DNA of 64,000 nt from Lepidodermella squamata (Eukaryota > Animalia > Gastrotricha). Positions 1-13,502 of this stretch are shown here, one piece after another. The notes beneath the pieces are model-generated. The model ran no database searches and was not told the origin of the DNA. It saw only the letters and a list, made by a program, of their open reading frames with translations. The first letter of the stretch is position 1. Each line of letters starts with the position of its first letter. Made by a program: the position numbers and the translations under genes. The DNA is taken from the NCBI GenBank assembly GCA_047495785.1, contig JBLDXI010000013.1:3906001-3970000 (forward strand). Reading direction: 5' to 3'.

Positions 1-59
1 TACGTATATGTTTGAAGTCGAATAAAACATCCAAAGGAAAATCAGTGTCAGGTGCACAA

Positions 60-322
60 ACAGATCGAGATGAATTTATTGCTCTTCAGTTTATGATAAC
101 ACATTGGAGATCAGGATCCTTGATATTGTAAGTCCACCCCATAATGATGCTGAAAATGCGGTTAAGAGCCCAGTTCATGAAAAGTTGAGGAAATATTTCA
201 AATTCTTGCATAACATCTTTCGAAAATGTTGCAACTAGGACAAGATGCAATTCGTAGACGAAATGTTAATATTACTTGTTGATACCTACATGAACGGGAA
301 ACGATCAGTCTGGCAAACACAG
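60..322 (+). pseudogene. Possible decayed piggyBac-like transposase fragment
   Basis: One frame reads ...HEKLRKYFKFLHNIFRKCCN*DKMQFVDEMLI...YMNGKRSVW, loosely resembling the piggyBac 'K.R.L...LN..F......S.DE.MI' block. It has an internal stop and sits at the window edge. Confidence 0.25.
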
Positions 323-714
323 GTAATCTCGTTATAAAGCAGTCGCCGGGTCACTTCTTTACTTTGACCTGAAATCTCTTCAAATTTTTGATTTCATGAT
401 GGCATATAACGCGATGGTAGAGGTCATGATAATTTTGGCACATAATTAATATTTGAATGGATTTCTATTCAATTTTGGTTCCGAATCGCAAAAATATTCT
501 CGAAATTTTGTTCTCTTTCTCTCTCTGAATATTTCACGGAATTATTGCCGGGAACATTTTTCTCGGTTAGTTTTTGGCGATCTGCAATAATTGTAACACG
601 GGGGTTGACACACCCTCGGAAATTTAGATAGGTAGTAGAAACTCGCTGTACAATTTATTTATTCAATTGAAAGAAATCACGTGAAGATTTTCAAACACTG
701 TTGCAATAACTTGT

Positions 715-730
715 GGCCCTGAAAAGGGCC
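715..730 (-). promoter_or_regulatory. Histone 3' stem-loop of H4
   Basis: Minus strand reads GGCCCTTTTCAGGGCC followed by ACAA, about 50 nt after the H4 stop. Confidence 0.97.
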
Positions 731-779
731 GGTTAGGGCTGAAGACGCTGATGTTGAGAGCAGTTGATGGATGATGATC

Positions 780-1770
<991 letters not shown>

Positions 1771-1800
1771 GCGACCAGTCTACTGAAGATCACACCGACC

Positions 1801-1816
1801 GGCCCTTTTCAGGGCC
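1801..1816 (+). promoter_or_regulatory. Histone 3' stem-loop of H3
   Basis: GGCCCTTTTCAGGGCC followed by ACAA, 30 nt after the stop. Confidence 0.97.
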
Positions 1817-2169
1817 ACAAGTTGTTGCAACAGTGTTTACATTAAATTAAAACCGTGTGAAAAATACTAATAAATAATAGACGACGGTGTATTACCGTAT
1901 CATAATATGTTCCCTGCTAGTAACGGTAGCAAACAGCTGCAGAAAATCTATGAGAACTCGAGGCTAAATGATGTTTCACTGATTCCTAGTGATAAATGGG
2001 AGCCACACTTTCAAGCTGATATCGCCGAGTCGATGCCATTCAAAAATGGTTGTAATTCCCAGTGTTTGAAATTTATCGATTTTATCTTGTGCTGGCTAAT
2101 CAAATTCCTCGCGAGGAAACACCATCAAATCTTTTTTGTAAATCTTTTAAAATCTATAACATGAGTAAA

Positions 2170-2509
2170 GGGGGTTATTTTCGAAGCCGTTTTTATGATA
2201 AACGATTAACGGGGTTTTGATCGAAAGAAAGTGCAAATTTTGAGTTTTTAAATCATTTGAATGGGTGATCCTGGCGAGCCTATTTTTTTTTCCACAGGTG
2301 GCTCTTAGGTATGGCTAACCCCAGGTAAGATTTGGCTTTTATTGGGTCGTTCATTCTTGCGTAACAAATTGCAAATTTACACTTTTCCTTCGCTTCGATC
2401 ACAGCCCTGAAAGCCGACTTTATTCATAGAGTCGACTTCATAGTGGAGACATAGCTTCGAAAATCATGTGACGTAAGTACATGTTGGCAGCATATCGAAA
2501 ATAACCCCC
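2170..2509. mobile_element. Probable MITE with 15-bp TIR
   Basis: GGGGGTTATTTTCGA (2170-2184) and its perfect reverse complement (2495-2509). No coding capacity and no convincing TSD. Confidence 0.5.
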
Positions 2510-3632
2510 ATGATTGTCGGCACATTTTACGCACTTATCTATACGCTGTTCATACGCGCGCGAGTAGTCTATTAATGGAATTTTTTTGCTTTAATGAATC
2601 GGCTTGATAACTGTTTTGAAGATCGAATTTCATTGATAAAAAGCGAAAAAACAAGCAATCATCTCCACGAAATTTCCGCCTTCAGACTTATTATCAACTT
2701 GATCCTGCAGTAAATTCCTTTTTATATCTTGTTTTCGCTGTACCGTAAGTGTAGTTATCTTTGAAAAAAACATGGTTTTCAGCTCTAGAAAATCAGGAAA
2801 AAATTATTCAAATGTGAATAGTTCAGGGCATGAAGGGGGGGGGCCACTTCCCATCCCTGTGCAAAATTTGGTAATTTTTCCATGTTACCTTGATTTTATA
2901 AAAATGGTGCGTGGTTAGACTAAATTTGGACACTTCATTAGCATACTTCTTCATAATTGTCGGGATGAATGCAGAATGCAGAACTTGAAACATTTATTGA
3001 AATTCGGAAAAAATGCGCACATGGTGCCAAGAAACTGATGGCGTCATCCAAACTCGATTCAAATTTTTTCCCGCTATTTTTAGCGCAACGCATTTATTGT
3101 TTCCAAAATTGCCCCACGTGGGCCTAATCTTTGAGCTCACCTGTAAGAAATTCCCAGCGCCAAATGTCCCATTTTTTTACAAGTCGACAGTTCATGGTGT
3201 CAACTACTGCTGGTAAATTTTTCAGAGCAATAGGCTTCCAGGTTGACCGGGAAAAAGGGGGTCCCAAATCGACGTTTTGAGACATCCCACCGTTTTATTA
3301 TAATAACAGGTAACTATCAGAAATACCTTTTATTTGGTACCGTTGGAAAGCCCGTCCTTTAAGGCACCTAGAGATTTTAATTGCAATTTTTTCAACCTCA
3401 CTGATAGAACACACTTACGCGTAGAAGTCGTTTTGTCCATATTTAGCCTGTCCAAAATTAACCAGCGTTACGGTAACGCGCTTTTTGGTGGAGAAAAGAC
3501 TTTTCTTTACAGCAAATCGACTTTTTGTCGCAGTCGCTTAATCCAACACACAATTCCCCCACAATTCCAACACAAAAAATGACACATAAATGTGTCTTCT
3601 TTAGCGGTTAACGTCTGTTTTCGTGTTCTCGC

Positions 3633-4869
3633 CAAGGGAAGGAGGCGAAACTGGATTATTTATGCACCATCTGGCGTTCAGAGATTTTTTGAAAAAGACC
3701 TCAAAAGTGTGTGCCGAAATTTCATCGATTTTTTTGATCGATTATTAGGGGATAACTATTGAAATACGAATTTCCACGACTTGATAATTTCCAGTTTACC
3801 TAAACACGTGTTTCTCATAACGATAGGCGATTTTTTGAAAATTCGACCTTGACACATGTTTTTTTGGCGCGAAATTTAAAATTTTATGGTAATTTTGCCT
3901 ACAAAGCAGAGTTGTTTATCTTTTTTTGCATGATTCATTGTAATTTGCAAAACACGTTTCACTCGGCGTTACTTATTTCGCAGGTTATTTCGCATTACAT
4001 ATTGGGAAACTCAAGAACCAACAAATTTAGGCTCTTTACATTGAAACAATAGACATCAAAATCAAAATTCGTCAAAATTATTATATTTAATATCAAATTT
4101 TTCTTCTTTTGGCGAGCCAATGTTTTTCATTCAAATAACTCAAGCCTATAGCGCCGCCCGGCGGAGGGCCTACTATAAATAAAACTAACACATGCTAATA
4201 ACTCGAAATTAACCCGATTTCTGGCGAGAGGTCCAAACATTCGACTTTTTTATTTTTAGCCCAAGTGATGTTAAGTACCGGATGCTGAACTTCTGACTTC
4301 TCCATAATAATTTTCTCGCGCCGTCGAACCATTTTTTGCAAATGCTAAATATAGTAACAAAATCTTCGATGTATAGTGATTTGCTGTAAATCTAAAGCTA
4401 AAAATAGAACATGTTGCTATTTTTGGCACTGCAAAAAATGGTTCGACGGCGCGAGAAAATTATTATGGAGATAAGTAGCTCTGCATCCGGTACTTAACAT
4501 CCCTTGATTTAGCCATAACATGAAATGAAAAACGAATGGTTTCCATAGCCAAAAATATTGAAAAAAAATAACGGAAACTTTGACAATTTGACGAAATGAA
4601 GTTTTAGGGTAATTTTCAAAAATAAATAGCCTATCGTGGTCTACTCGTTGAGACGAGTAAGAATATATTTTCAGATCGAAAATCGGAGGCCTATGTGATG
4701 AGTTATCCCCTACGATACTTTTGCATGGAAAGATGCAGGGCGATTTTTTCAATTTCAATTTTTTGCACTTTCGTAAAACACACTTTTCGATGTCTTTTTC
4801 TCGCTTCTGTGTGCTTGGACACGGATTAAAAACCATTGTTCATTAATCCAGTTTCGCCTCCTTCCCTTG
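3633..4869. mobile_element. Non-autonomous DNA transposon with 26-bp perfect TIRs and an 18-bp flanking direct repeat
   Basis: CAAGGGAAGGAGGCGAAACTGGATTA at 3633-3658 and its reverse complement at 4844-4869. Degenerate subterminal inverted blocks extend ~200 bp inward (GAAAAAGAC..AAAAGTGTGT, TAGGGGATAACT, ACGATAGGC). CTGTTTTCGTGTTCTCGC flanks it at 3615-3632 and 4870-4887. Confidence 0.88.
4262..4506. mobile_element. Foldback MITE nested inside the 3633-4869 element
   Basis: ~95-bp inverted arms including a perfect 41-bp block (CTCCATAATAATTTTCTCGCGCCGTCGAACCATTTTTTGCA). CAAG...CTTG termini; flanks TTTTAGCC / ATTTAGCC give an 8-bp TSD with one mismatch. Confidence 0.85.
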
Positions 4870-5289
4870 CTGTTTTCGTGTTCTCGCATATGCGACATGC
4901 GCAATGAAACTTTATTTCATTACACAGCCTTCATTTTCATAATTTTTTCTTCGAATCGTTGTATCTGATACTTTTATTTTAACGTGTTTTATCTGAACTT
5001 TCAATGGAAAAATTCTATTTGCCTCCACCCGCACACTATTTGTCTCCATGGTTAAAGTATCCTAGCAATCATAGCCCTAGTTATTAGAGTTAATTCAGCT
5101 AGTTAAACAGCCTTCCCTGGTCTTCGACTCTGCGGGCGTTCTATACTATTCTATCGCGCGTAGAACCGTTTCGCTTCATTGTTGCCAATCGAAAAGATTA
5201 AGGAAAATGTAGTTCTTTGCAGTATTGGCGGTTATCTTCAGAATATTTTTATTAGATACATATTTCATTCTTCACTCACCTGTGTCGTG

Positions 5290-6574
5290 ATGTCTGCAAA
5301 AAAGGTAATTTCGATTATCGGAGCAACCGGCAAGCAAGGCGGGGCTCTTCTTCGTGCAATTATCAATGAGGGTGCTTCGAGTGAATTTGCTCCTCGAGCT
5401 ATTACTCATGACACAGCCTCTGAAAAAGTTAGTTGTTAGTTTTTTTGCGACCCACTTTTCCAACATCTGCTGGGATTTTAGTATTGACAAGTTGATGAAA
5501 CGCTTAAGTATATTTTTAGCCGAAATCGTGGATAAATATTTTGAGCCAACCGGTCACATTTTCCGTATCAAACTATTCTTCGTACTTCGTACTAACTTTC
5601 CGTTTTTTCAACTTGAAGGCACAAGAATTGAAGAATCTCGGTGTTGAATTGGCTCAAGCCGATGCCAATGATATACCTGCTCTGACCAATGTCATCAAAG
5701 GCTCTTATGGCGTGTTTGTGGTCTCAGTGGTTGACTGCTTCGGAGATCCTGAGAAGGAGATTGCGGAGGCAAAGAACATGGCCGAGGCAGTGCGGTAACA
5801 ATATGAACAATTAATCTCCTAAAATTGTGAAAAATACTTGTATGAAGAAATGCCGGGGTCGAACACGTGATCTGGTCGACGATCGAGGATACGCGAAAAC
5901 AGTATCCTTTGGAAAGCACCTTTTTACCGACCTTACGTGGCCGGTTCAAGGTCCCCCATATGGACTCAAAGGGCGAATCGGACGCTTTTTTCGCTGACCT
6001 GCCAACAACCTATTTGCTGACCGCAATTTATTGGGAACATTTTCTTCCCGACGGGTGTGCCACTCCATGTAAATTCCATGGCAAGCTTTGCATCATTCTG
6101 CCTGGTTTCGATGACAAGAAATTGCCTGGAATTTCGACTGAAGATATTGGCAAATGCGCGTTGGGTATTTTCAAACGCCCTGAACTTATCAACAAGCGCA
6201 TCGCCATTGCCAGCGATCACGTGACCAAAGCTGAAATAGCGGCGGTTTATAAGAAGGTTCTCAACGTCGACGCCATTCCTCGCAACGTTACCTTTGACGA
6301 TTTCCGCAAGCTGGGCTTCAACGGTGCCGAAGACCTCGGCAGCATGTTCCAGTATATGCAAGATTCGCCGGATTATTGTCAAGTGCGTAGCGTCGAAGAG
6401 ACGAGAAAACTGAACCCGGAACTGCTGTCTTTTGAGCAATGGGTCGTCAAAAACAAGGACGGCTTCAAGTTTGCTGATGAGTTGAGTGACAATGCGCCCC
6501 TGACCCCATCCAGCAATGACGGGAACGTTGTCATTCCGGATTGGATTTTTATGAACCCATTTTATGATGTTTAA
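5290..6574 (+). CDS. NmrA/HSCARG-family atypical SDR (3 exons: 5290-5427, 5619-~5794, ~5847-6574)
   Basis: IIGATGKQGG Rossmann motif, KVPHMDSKGE (HFDxK-like), EDIG and LNPEL motifs. GT-AG introns join in frame; TACTAAC branch point in intron 1. Confidence 0.9.
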
Positions 6575-8046
6575 GAGACGACCGAAATGTATCTGACTCA
6601 ATTTATTTTATCCTTTTGTAGGTATTTATACTTCAGTATGAATAGATAATGTTAATGGTGTCGGTTACACGGTCAACAAGTTAAGCGTCGGTTTCATGGT
6701 TGAATAAGATTAATGCGCGTATGTCGCGCCGGTTGAACTCATAATATCAAAGAGCAAATTGCATACTCAATAGCGTGCAACATCATGTTACTCATAGAAA
6801 AGGATGGTAAATAGATTTACCATTAACCGTAACGGGTCCAAACTTTGAACAAAACATCGTTTTTTTGTTACAAATTATCTTTTCGTCTGTTTAAATTTGA
6901 AAAATGTGGAACCTTGCGGCGAAGATTCTGGATCGACGAGTAAATTTTGGGAAATTTTGAGAAACTTCGGGATTTTTAGAAATAGGTGAAGAAACTACTT
7001 CTGTTCTCTATTGGATCGGTGTAGTCGCACTTGAATAACTACGCGTTTCGTACTTAACAGGGTTCCAGTAGCAGATGATTGAAAGTCCAACAATGAAACG
7101 GATTATAAGACTCGTACTTTAGCCGGTTGAATTTTTTAGTTTTGCTCGATTCATCAAATCGGGTAGAAAGGTCCTTTTCTAAAACCTTTCTAAACCTGGC
7201 CTTTCTAAAAGATTCCACTCATTCCCAAAACGCAGGTCTGCAATGTGCTTAAATCCTTAATCAATCTAATGGATTCACTGCATTTCTTCCAAATCGATGA
7301 TTGTTGATGCTTGGATATTATCTTCAGTGAAATTGGAACGGGATTTATCATTTCGCCTAATCATTTCGCCCCTGTCAATTCAAAATAGGCCATAGTTTGG
7401 CTTTTTTAGTTTCGACAACTTTTGGGTCGCTTCCTAGCTTCGATTTTTAAGGTATTTCAGGACAAGAGCTTTGAAGGTTCAAGATCCCTATTCTAAACTT
7501 GAGATCGAGCCAAATGAAAATGAGCGCTAATAAGTTGGCTATTTGACAAGGCCGAATTTCTCCTTCCAACGAGGTGAAATGTGAAATAGGAGTCGTACTT
7601 ACGTTTTGAATGTAGAATATTGTGAGCGAAACCTTTCAATCAGCCACTATTCGGAACCGTTTTGAAGTGCGGCTATCCACTGCGTAAATTTTCAGGCTTT
7701 GAATCTGCTTTATTTACTGGTAATATGATGTGTTGGCATTAATGAATCGATGGTGTGTCAACGGAACAACGCACTCAAATTTCAGCCATAATTCAAACTT
7801 TTTATTTCACCGCCATCGTTCAAAGTCAACGTAAACATTATATATGATAAAGCTTAAAACACATGATGTCATGAATGTAATTGAAGAACGCAAAAGCCAG
7901 GTGAAAAATCATTTCGCTCTCATCCGTATAATATCATACAATTTTCAATACTTTTTTAGCAGTCTCATTTACCAGTATAAATTTTGCACCAGAACTTCCA
8001 TTATAATAATATGTAATAATATAATTGCGATCAAATTAATTGATTA

Positions 8047-10542
8047 TTAAATTTCGATTGCCACAACTAGAAGATTTTTCACAGCTAGCAAGTTGATAAT
8101 ATTTTTTCAAGGCAAAGACACGGTTTTCGAGGCGTCGAAGTCAGGATCGCGGAAATGCTGGCCCTTGTTAACTGCGACGATAAAATTGGCGTAAAAAAGG
8201 CGATTATAGATATAAAATTCCGATATTTAGCGACTTGGAACAAGTCCGTGTAAGCAGATTTATTTCTAGCAGCAAGCATGGCAACCATCAAATTTTGTCG
8301 TCACGCATCAGCTGCTGAAAAAAAAGAATTCGGAAAATGATATTTGCAAGCAAATGCGATTTTCGCAAGCGATTTGCGAAAAAATATTCAATTTGTATTT
8401 AAACGTACTTGTATGCTCGTTAACAAGTGCCTCCTGGTCATCGGAGTGGTTTTTGCACGGTTGGCAAGTCGCGAGGTTCTTCGTCATTTTCCATGTGATA
8501 ATGCCGTTGTAGATGAAAATTCCGGCCGTCAAAATTACGAAACCAACAGGCTGTTAGAAAAATGAAATAATTACAAATAATTTTGCAATAAATTGAAAAA
8601 ATTAGAAAGAAACCCGTAAATCATTCAAAATTGAAAATTCATTTTTTCAAAAAATATTCTACTGCATTTTTTAAATTTCTATTTCTTTAAATTTTTAAAT
8701 TTTTGATCTTTAGTATCAGAATCATATATTTTTTAAGATGGGTTAACATATTTTTTTTCTTAAATTTTCCTAATTTTACCTGAAGATATTGAAAACTTTG
8801 CCAGCCGAAAATCAGCGAGCCGACCCAAACAACCAAGGTACGGCAGGAATCGAGCACCATTCTGGTGGTAGCTGATAGCTCTTTCGTCACAGAAATGCCG
8901 GCCCAGTTGAAGAACGCAATGCTGAGAACCATGCCGACGAGGGCTACTGTCACCTGCCAGCTGTTTTGCATCATCGCAAAGGCATCAGGGACGTCTTCGA
9001 GGCGGAACTCGGGCGAATTGCTGAACTGCGAACCGACGTGGATCCAGTAGAATGGAATGCAGAGCAGGCCGAGAACTGTGAAGCCGTAAAGACCCTCGAG
9101 GCCAACGGCTAGCAACTAGAAAATTTGCACAAAAAACCCATTAAAATCTCAGTTAAAAATAATAGAAAGCATCAAGACCAGACTGGTGATCGTCTTTAGC
9201 TGATCAAAATTTCTTTTATATTCGCTCGTCGCTCTTCTTATGTTTTGCGAATTGAAGAAGAAGTTACGTGTTTCGTGTTTGCGCATTTTTTTACGGGGAT
9301 GAGGTGAATTTCGCCAATGTAGCTGGTGATACTCAAGGCGTGCGTAAACTGATCATTTTCCAGGCCTACATCACGAATCATCACGAATTATATGTAAAAT
9401 TACTCAAATTCAGCGGGATTTCTCCAATTTTTCTACGCTATCAACCATATTTTTGGGCATTGAGATCGAATTCATCGAACCGCAGATCTACCTTAAGGTT
9501 TATATTTACTGGTTTTTGCTAATTGGTACTTGTCAAATTTGATGGCAAAATCTGGAGTTTCTCCCTATTTTCATCAAGTTGGATCTAAGGTTCAGGACCT
9601 TTTAGGTTTCCTGAGCTTTCCAACCCTAATTTCATGTATGCAAATTTGACAAGTCCAAGTTATCTCAGTTTCCTGGGTGAGATATGATTCTTACTCAGTT
9701 TTAAAAGCTGAATATTATGGTCGAAAAATTTCGAATATTACGTAAGCGGAAAGCTGCTTAAGTACGAATATCAAATAAAGCGTACTTATTTAAGTATGAA
9801 TATCAAAAAACGCGTACTTATTTAAGTACGAATATCCACTCCGATTGTTTTAATGTTACTACGCAAAACTTACCGGGTTAACGTCGAGGCTGCCCAAAAA
9901 GCGTTCTTCGTAGACCATTTGCGTGGCGGCGATGATTTGCGCAATCAAAATCAGCTCATCACCGGTGATGACGGCATTCAACGGCAAAGTCGATGGGTTG
10001 AATAGAAAATCCGAAAGACCGACTACAATGAGGCCGACTAGTACCAAGAAGATACCGCACCACATAGGCACTTCGATTTTACGGCCAAGAAACGTCACGG
10101 ACAACAGGGCCGTGAAAATGATAACAGCGCCTCGCAACATTTGGTAAGAAGACGGTGAGGTGTAGTTGAGACCGATAAACATCAACGAAGTTCCGGTTAC
10201 ATCGCACATGGCCGGCGGGAAAAATACCAAAAACGACCGGGCGAGGCCGCCTTTTTCGGTGAAAATCTCTTTGAGGTTGAAGGTGACCTTTCCAAGGGAG
10301 GCGCTCGGCGGGACGCCCTGGCGTTTTTTGTAGAGGACTAGGCAGATGAAGGCGGCGCCGCACAGCATTTCGCCGATGAACATGCAGACGGCTTGGAAGA
10401 ACGGATGGTTGAATGGGCGGACCGGGTAGCCTGGGGTGCCCATAACCTCCTGCTCGTCGGCCCATTTGCCGAACAGGGTGTTCATAGAGCCTGTCGACAA
10501 CATGACCAGGGCCAACATAATTCGATAAGGTGTCCACTGCAT
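8047..10542 (-). CDS. SLC35F6: Nucleotide-sugar transporter-like SLC35F6 (exons 10542-9874, 9115-8780, ~8550-8408, probable short last exon ending 8047)
   Basis: TGSMNTLFGKWAD, FNHPFFQAVCMFIGEMLC, PPAMCD, SSYQMLRGAVIIFT, SIAFFNWAGISVTKELSATTRMVLDS. The 3' end is uncertain (alternative stop at 8308). Confidence 0.9.
9757..9836. repeat. ~31-bp tandem repeat, ~2.5 copies, intronic
   Basis: TTAAGTAYGAATATCAAA...GCGTACTTAT repeated. Confidence 0.8.
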
Positions 10543-11333
10543 TTTTTATAGTCTTAAAAAGCTCTAAAAATTGATATTAAAATCAATCAAGCGAGTTGAA
10601 TCGAATTATTAAATTTGAATTTTCCAAGATTTTTAGCAAATCTTCAGTACTAAGCGCTCACATTGATGGATTTGAAAAACCAAAAAAATGTAGGTTTAAA
10701 TGGATTTGAAATTTTTAATTGAATTAAACTTTAACAAATTGAACTATTTAAATTATTTTTCAACGTGAAAACAATTTCTTGCGAAAATCATTCAATTCCT
10801 GAATCTATTGTCTGGGTTTTCTGAGCAAAATCTCGATACTAATGGAACTCAAAATTCAGAATTTCAAACAAAAAATATTTCCCAGTAACTGTGGTCAAAT
10901 TTTGTATCCGTGGGGATCTGCTCTTATAAAATTTCGAATTTCGGATTATAGCCCACTTCATGTCATAGTAAACAAAACTATTCGATATCAAAATTTCAGC
11001 GCCAAAAATGTTTTATTTCCTCTTCAGAAATAGAAAAGAAAAACAACTGCTATACAAGAGGAGTTGCAATAATAATAATATATTGTGCATGGTCTTGTTA
11101 TTTTTCTTTGTTTTCCGTAAAAATTGGACACGGGGGACACGAAACGAAAAAAAACTCGAGGTTCTACCGCGAAAGACACTGAAAAACCTTCGCTCAAAGA
11201 TTTAACAGCTCATTTTTGTTAACAATTAAGTGAAGTCATTTTTTATGGCATAATTCAAGAAATAATTATACAGAATAATAATAATATATATGATATATGA
11301 GATGGCTGGCCGGGAGATTTCATCTGCCCCGCA

Positions 11334-13173
11334 TCACTTTTGCGCCGTCGATCCGCCGAGCGAGAAAGCGAGCCGTGGCCTTGCACTCTTGTTTTTATTG
11401 AGAATTCGCTCCTGTTCGGATTTCATGCGCTGCCGCTGGTCTTCCTCGAGTCTTTGACGCTCCTCCAACGCGAGGCGCTGTTTCTCGACAAGACGCAGCT
11501 GTTCTTCGGCCTTAAAATCGGATTTTTCGACATTTTACGAATTTATTGCGAAAATTCAGCAACTCACCAATTTCTGCTGAGCTTCTTCGATTTTACGATT
11601 ATTTTCAGCAGTGATGCGTTCTAATTCTATGCGCCTCCGCTCTTCCTCTTCCTAAACGCGGTTATCGAACAACCGAGAGAGGAGAGAAGAGCAAAAAAAC
11701 ACAAGTTTAAATACCGGTCAATGACATCGACCCCAATCATAATGTATAAAAAGCAGTGGTTAAAAAGGAGTTCTTCATATCAAATAAGAGCAACTTGTGC
11801 GAAAGACATTAATTGTTTATATAATCATTATCAATATAAACTAAGAAACAAAAAACGGGTTCGAGCTGTTCTTGTCCCGTTCGAATCCGGCCAGCTTACG
11901 CGAGTCGAAATTTATCCGCGATCGACGACTTGAGCTGTGAAATTCGGCGCCGCCAAACGTCTTTCCTGGATTTAGTCTCTAACAACAATGGGTTCGAAAA
12001 TTCCGAAATTTCCGACACCTCTTCTACATCACCGTGCATGGTTATTATGGCAACAAATGAAAACAGGAATTTGTGCGAAGAAAATAAATAATATGACATG
12101 AAAGCAAATAAAAAATTGACGATTATTGTCACAAGCTATACAATCAAAGTTGTTGGTTTTTTATAATTGAGTTGCGATCATGATCTTCTACTGAGAGGTA
12201 ATAGAAAATAACAAAAAATGGAGACCTCTTTCCGCTTCAATTCCGCCAGTTTGCTCTCCCGTTGCCGCTCAACTTCGGCCACCAGTTCTTTCTCCATTTG
12301 ATCTTTCGCTGCTTGAACCCGTCTCATAACCTTGAAAAAACATTAAAAAATTCTTCAAAAATTGAACAACATATTTCAAAATTAGGGACACTTTTTTATG
12401 TTTCATTTTACTTACAGGCTGAATTTTCGAGGACTTCTAGAAATTACTCGTACATTTCAATTCAAGTCATCTCAGGGTATTTTTCTTGAAATTTTTCTCA
12501 CCTCTTGTTCAATCTCGAAGCGCTTATGGACTAGATAATCTTCGACCCGTTTGTTAATAATTTCCTCGATCCTCCGATGTAGCTCCTCTTCAATCGTTCT
12601 TTCTTCATTCTCCGCCAATTTTCTGATAAATAAATAAATAAAAATCAAATATTTTCTTTGAAAAATTTAGTCAGCTTACGGATATTTTTGCTTTTCAAGT
12701 TCTTCTAACCGCCGCCGTTCAGCTTCGCGTTCTCTTTTGGCAAGCACCCGGGCAAAAATTTCATCCTCATCGGCATCACTCGGCGGGTCATTGGTCACCT
12801 TGTTAGCAATAGCACCACCATTCCCATTTTCTTCGGCCTTGACTCGACCATTTTTCGGCGTTTTCGACCGACTTCGAGATCGGTGCCTATAATTCCAATA
12901 ATTTTATTATATAATCAAATATGTCCTGAATATTGAATCATACTTTTTGCGTTTTCGAGATTTATCATCGGAAGGACTGCGTTTACTGCGGCTGTAGGAC
13001 GGAGATTTTCGATCCCGAGATTCGCGATCACGCCTCGACCGGTCTCTATCCCGATCTCGATCTCGGTCCCTATCACGGTCCCGGTCTCGATCTCTGCGGT
13101 CACGTGACCTCGACCTGGTCCGCCGGTTATTATTCGAAGGCGATCTTGATCTAGACCTCGAATTAGGCGCCAT
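11334..13173 (-). CDS. ARGLU1: Arginine and glutamate-rich protein 1 (6 exons)
   Basis: RS/RD-rich N-terminus. Spliced exons give IEEELHRRIEEIINKRVE, VMRRVQAAKDQMEKEL, EEEERRRIELERITAENNRKIEEAQQKL|AEEQLRLVE and ILNKNKSARPRLAFSL. Confidence 0.92.
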
Positions 13174-13502
13174 AATTCATTCAGAAAATTTCTAAACAAA
13201 TCAATGTATAAAAATTATAAAAAAGTATTGTTTATGTCAGAAAATTTCAAGAATAAATTACGTACTTAGCAATCACGTTTCTTTAATAGCAATAAAAAGA
13301 CTTCGTTTTTTGTAACACCTCGACTCTATTGATAAAATTAGTAATAAAGTAAGAATAATACGTCTCTATCATCACAATATCTTTTCCTTGGTCTGAAATC
13401 GAAACTATATCTCAAGCGCAACTTTTCTTAAAAGCAGCTTGGTTTTTCTGAAAGCGTCATAACGATTGGAAAAATCAGCACAAATTTTTCGTGTTTTTTT
13501 CT

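Noticed and set aside
300-400. Possible SL RNA gene near the histones (AG|GTAA, hairpin, AATTTTTGA)
   Set aside because: These short motifs are common in AT-rich DNA, and there is no known leader to compare.
9757-9836. CRISPR-like repeat
   Set aside because: Tandem units without unique spacers, in a eukaryotic intron, with no cas genes.
12907-13173. Stand-alone 88-aa RS protein or microsatellite
   Set aside because: It is exon 1 of ARGLU1; the RD repeat is coding.
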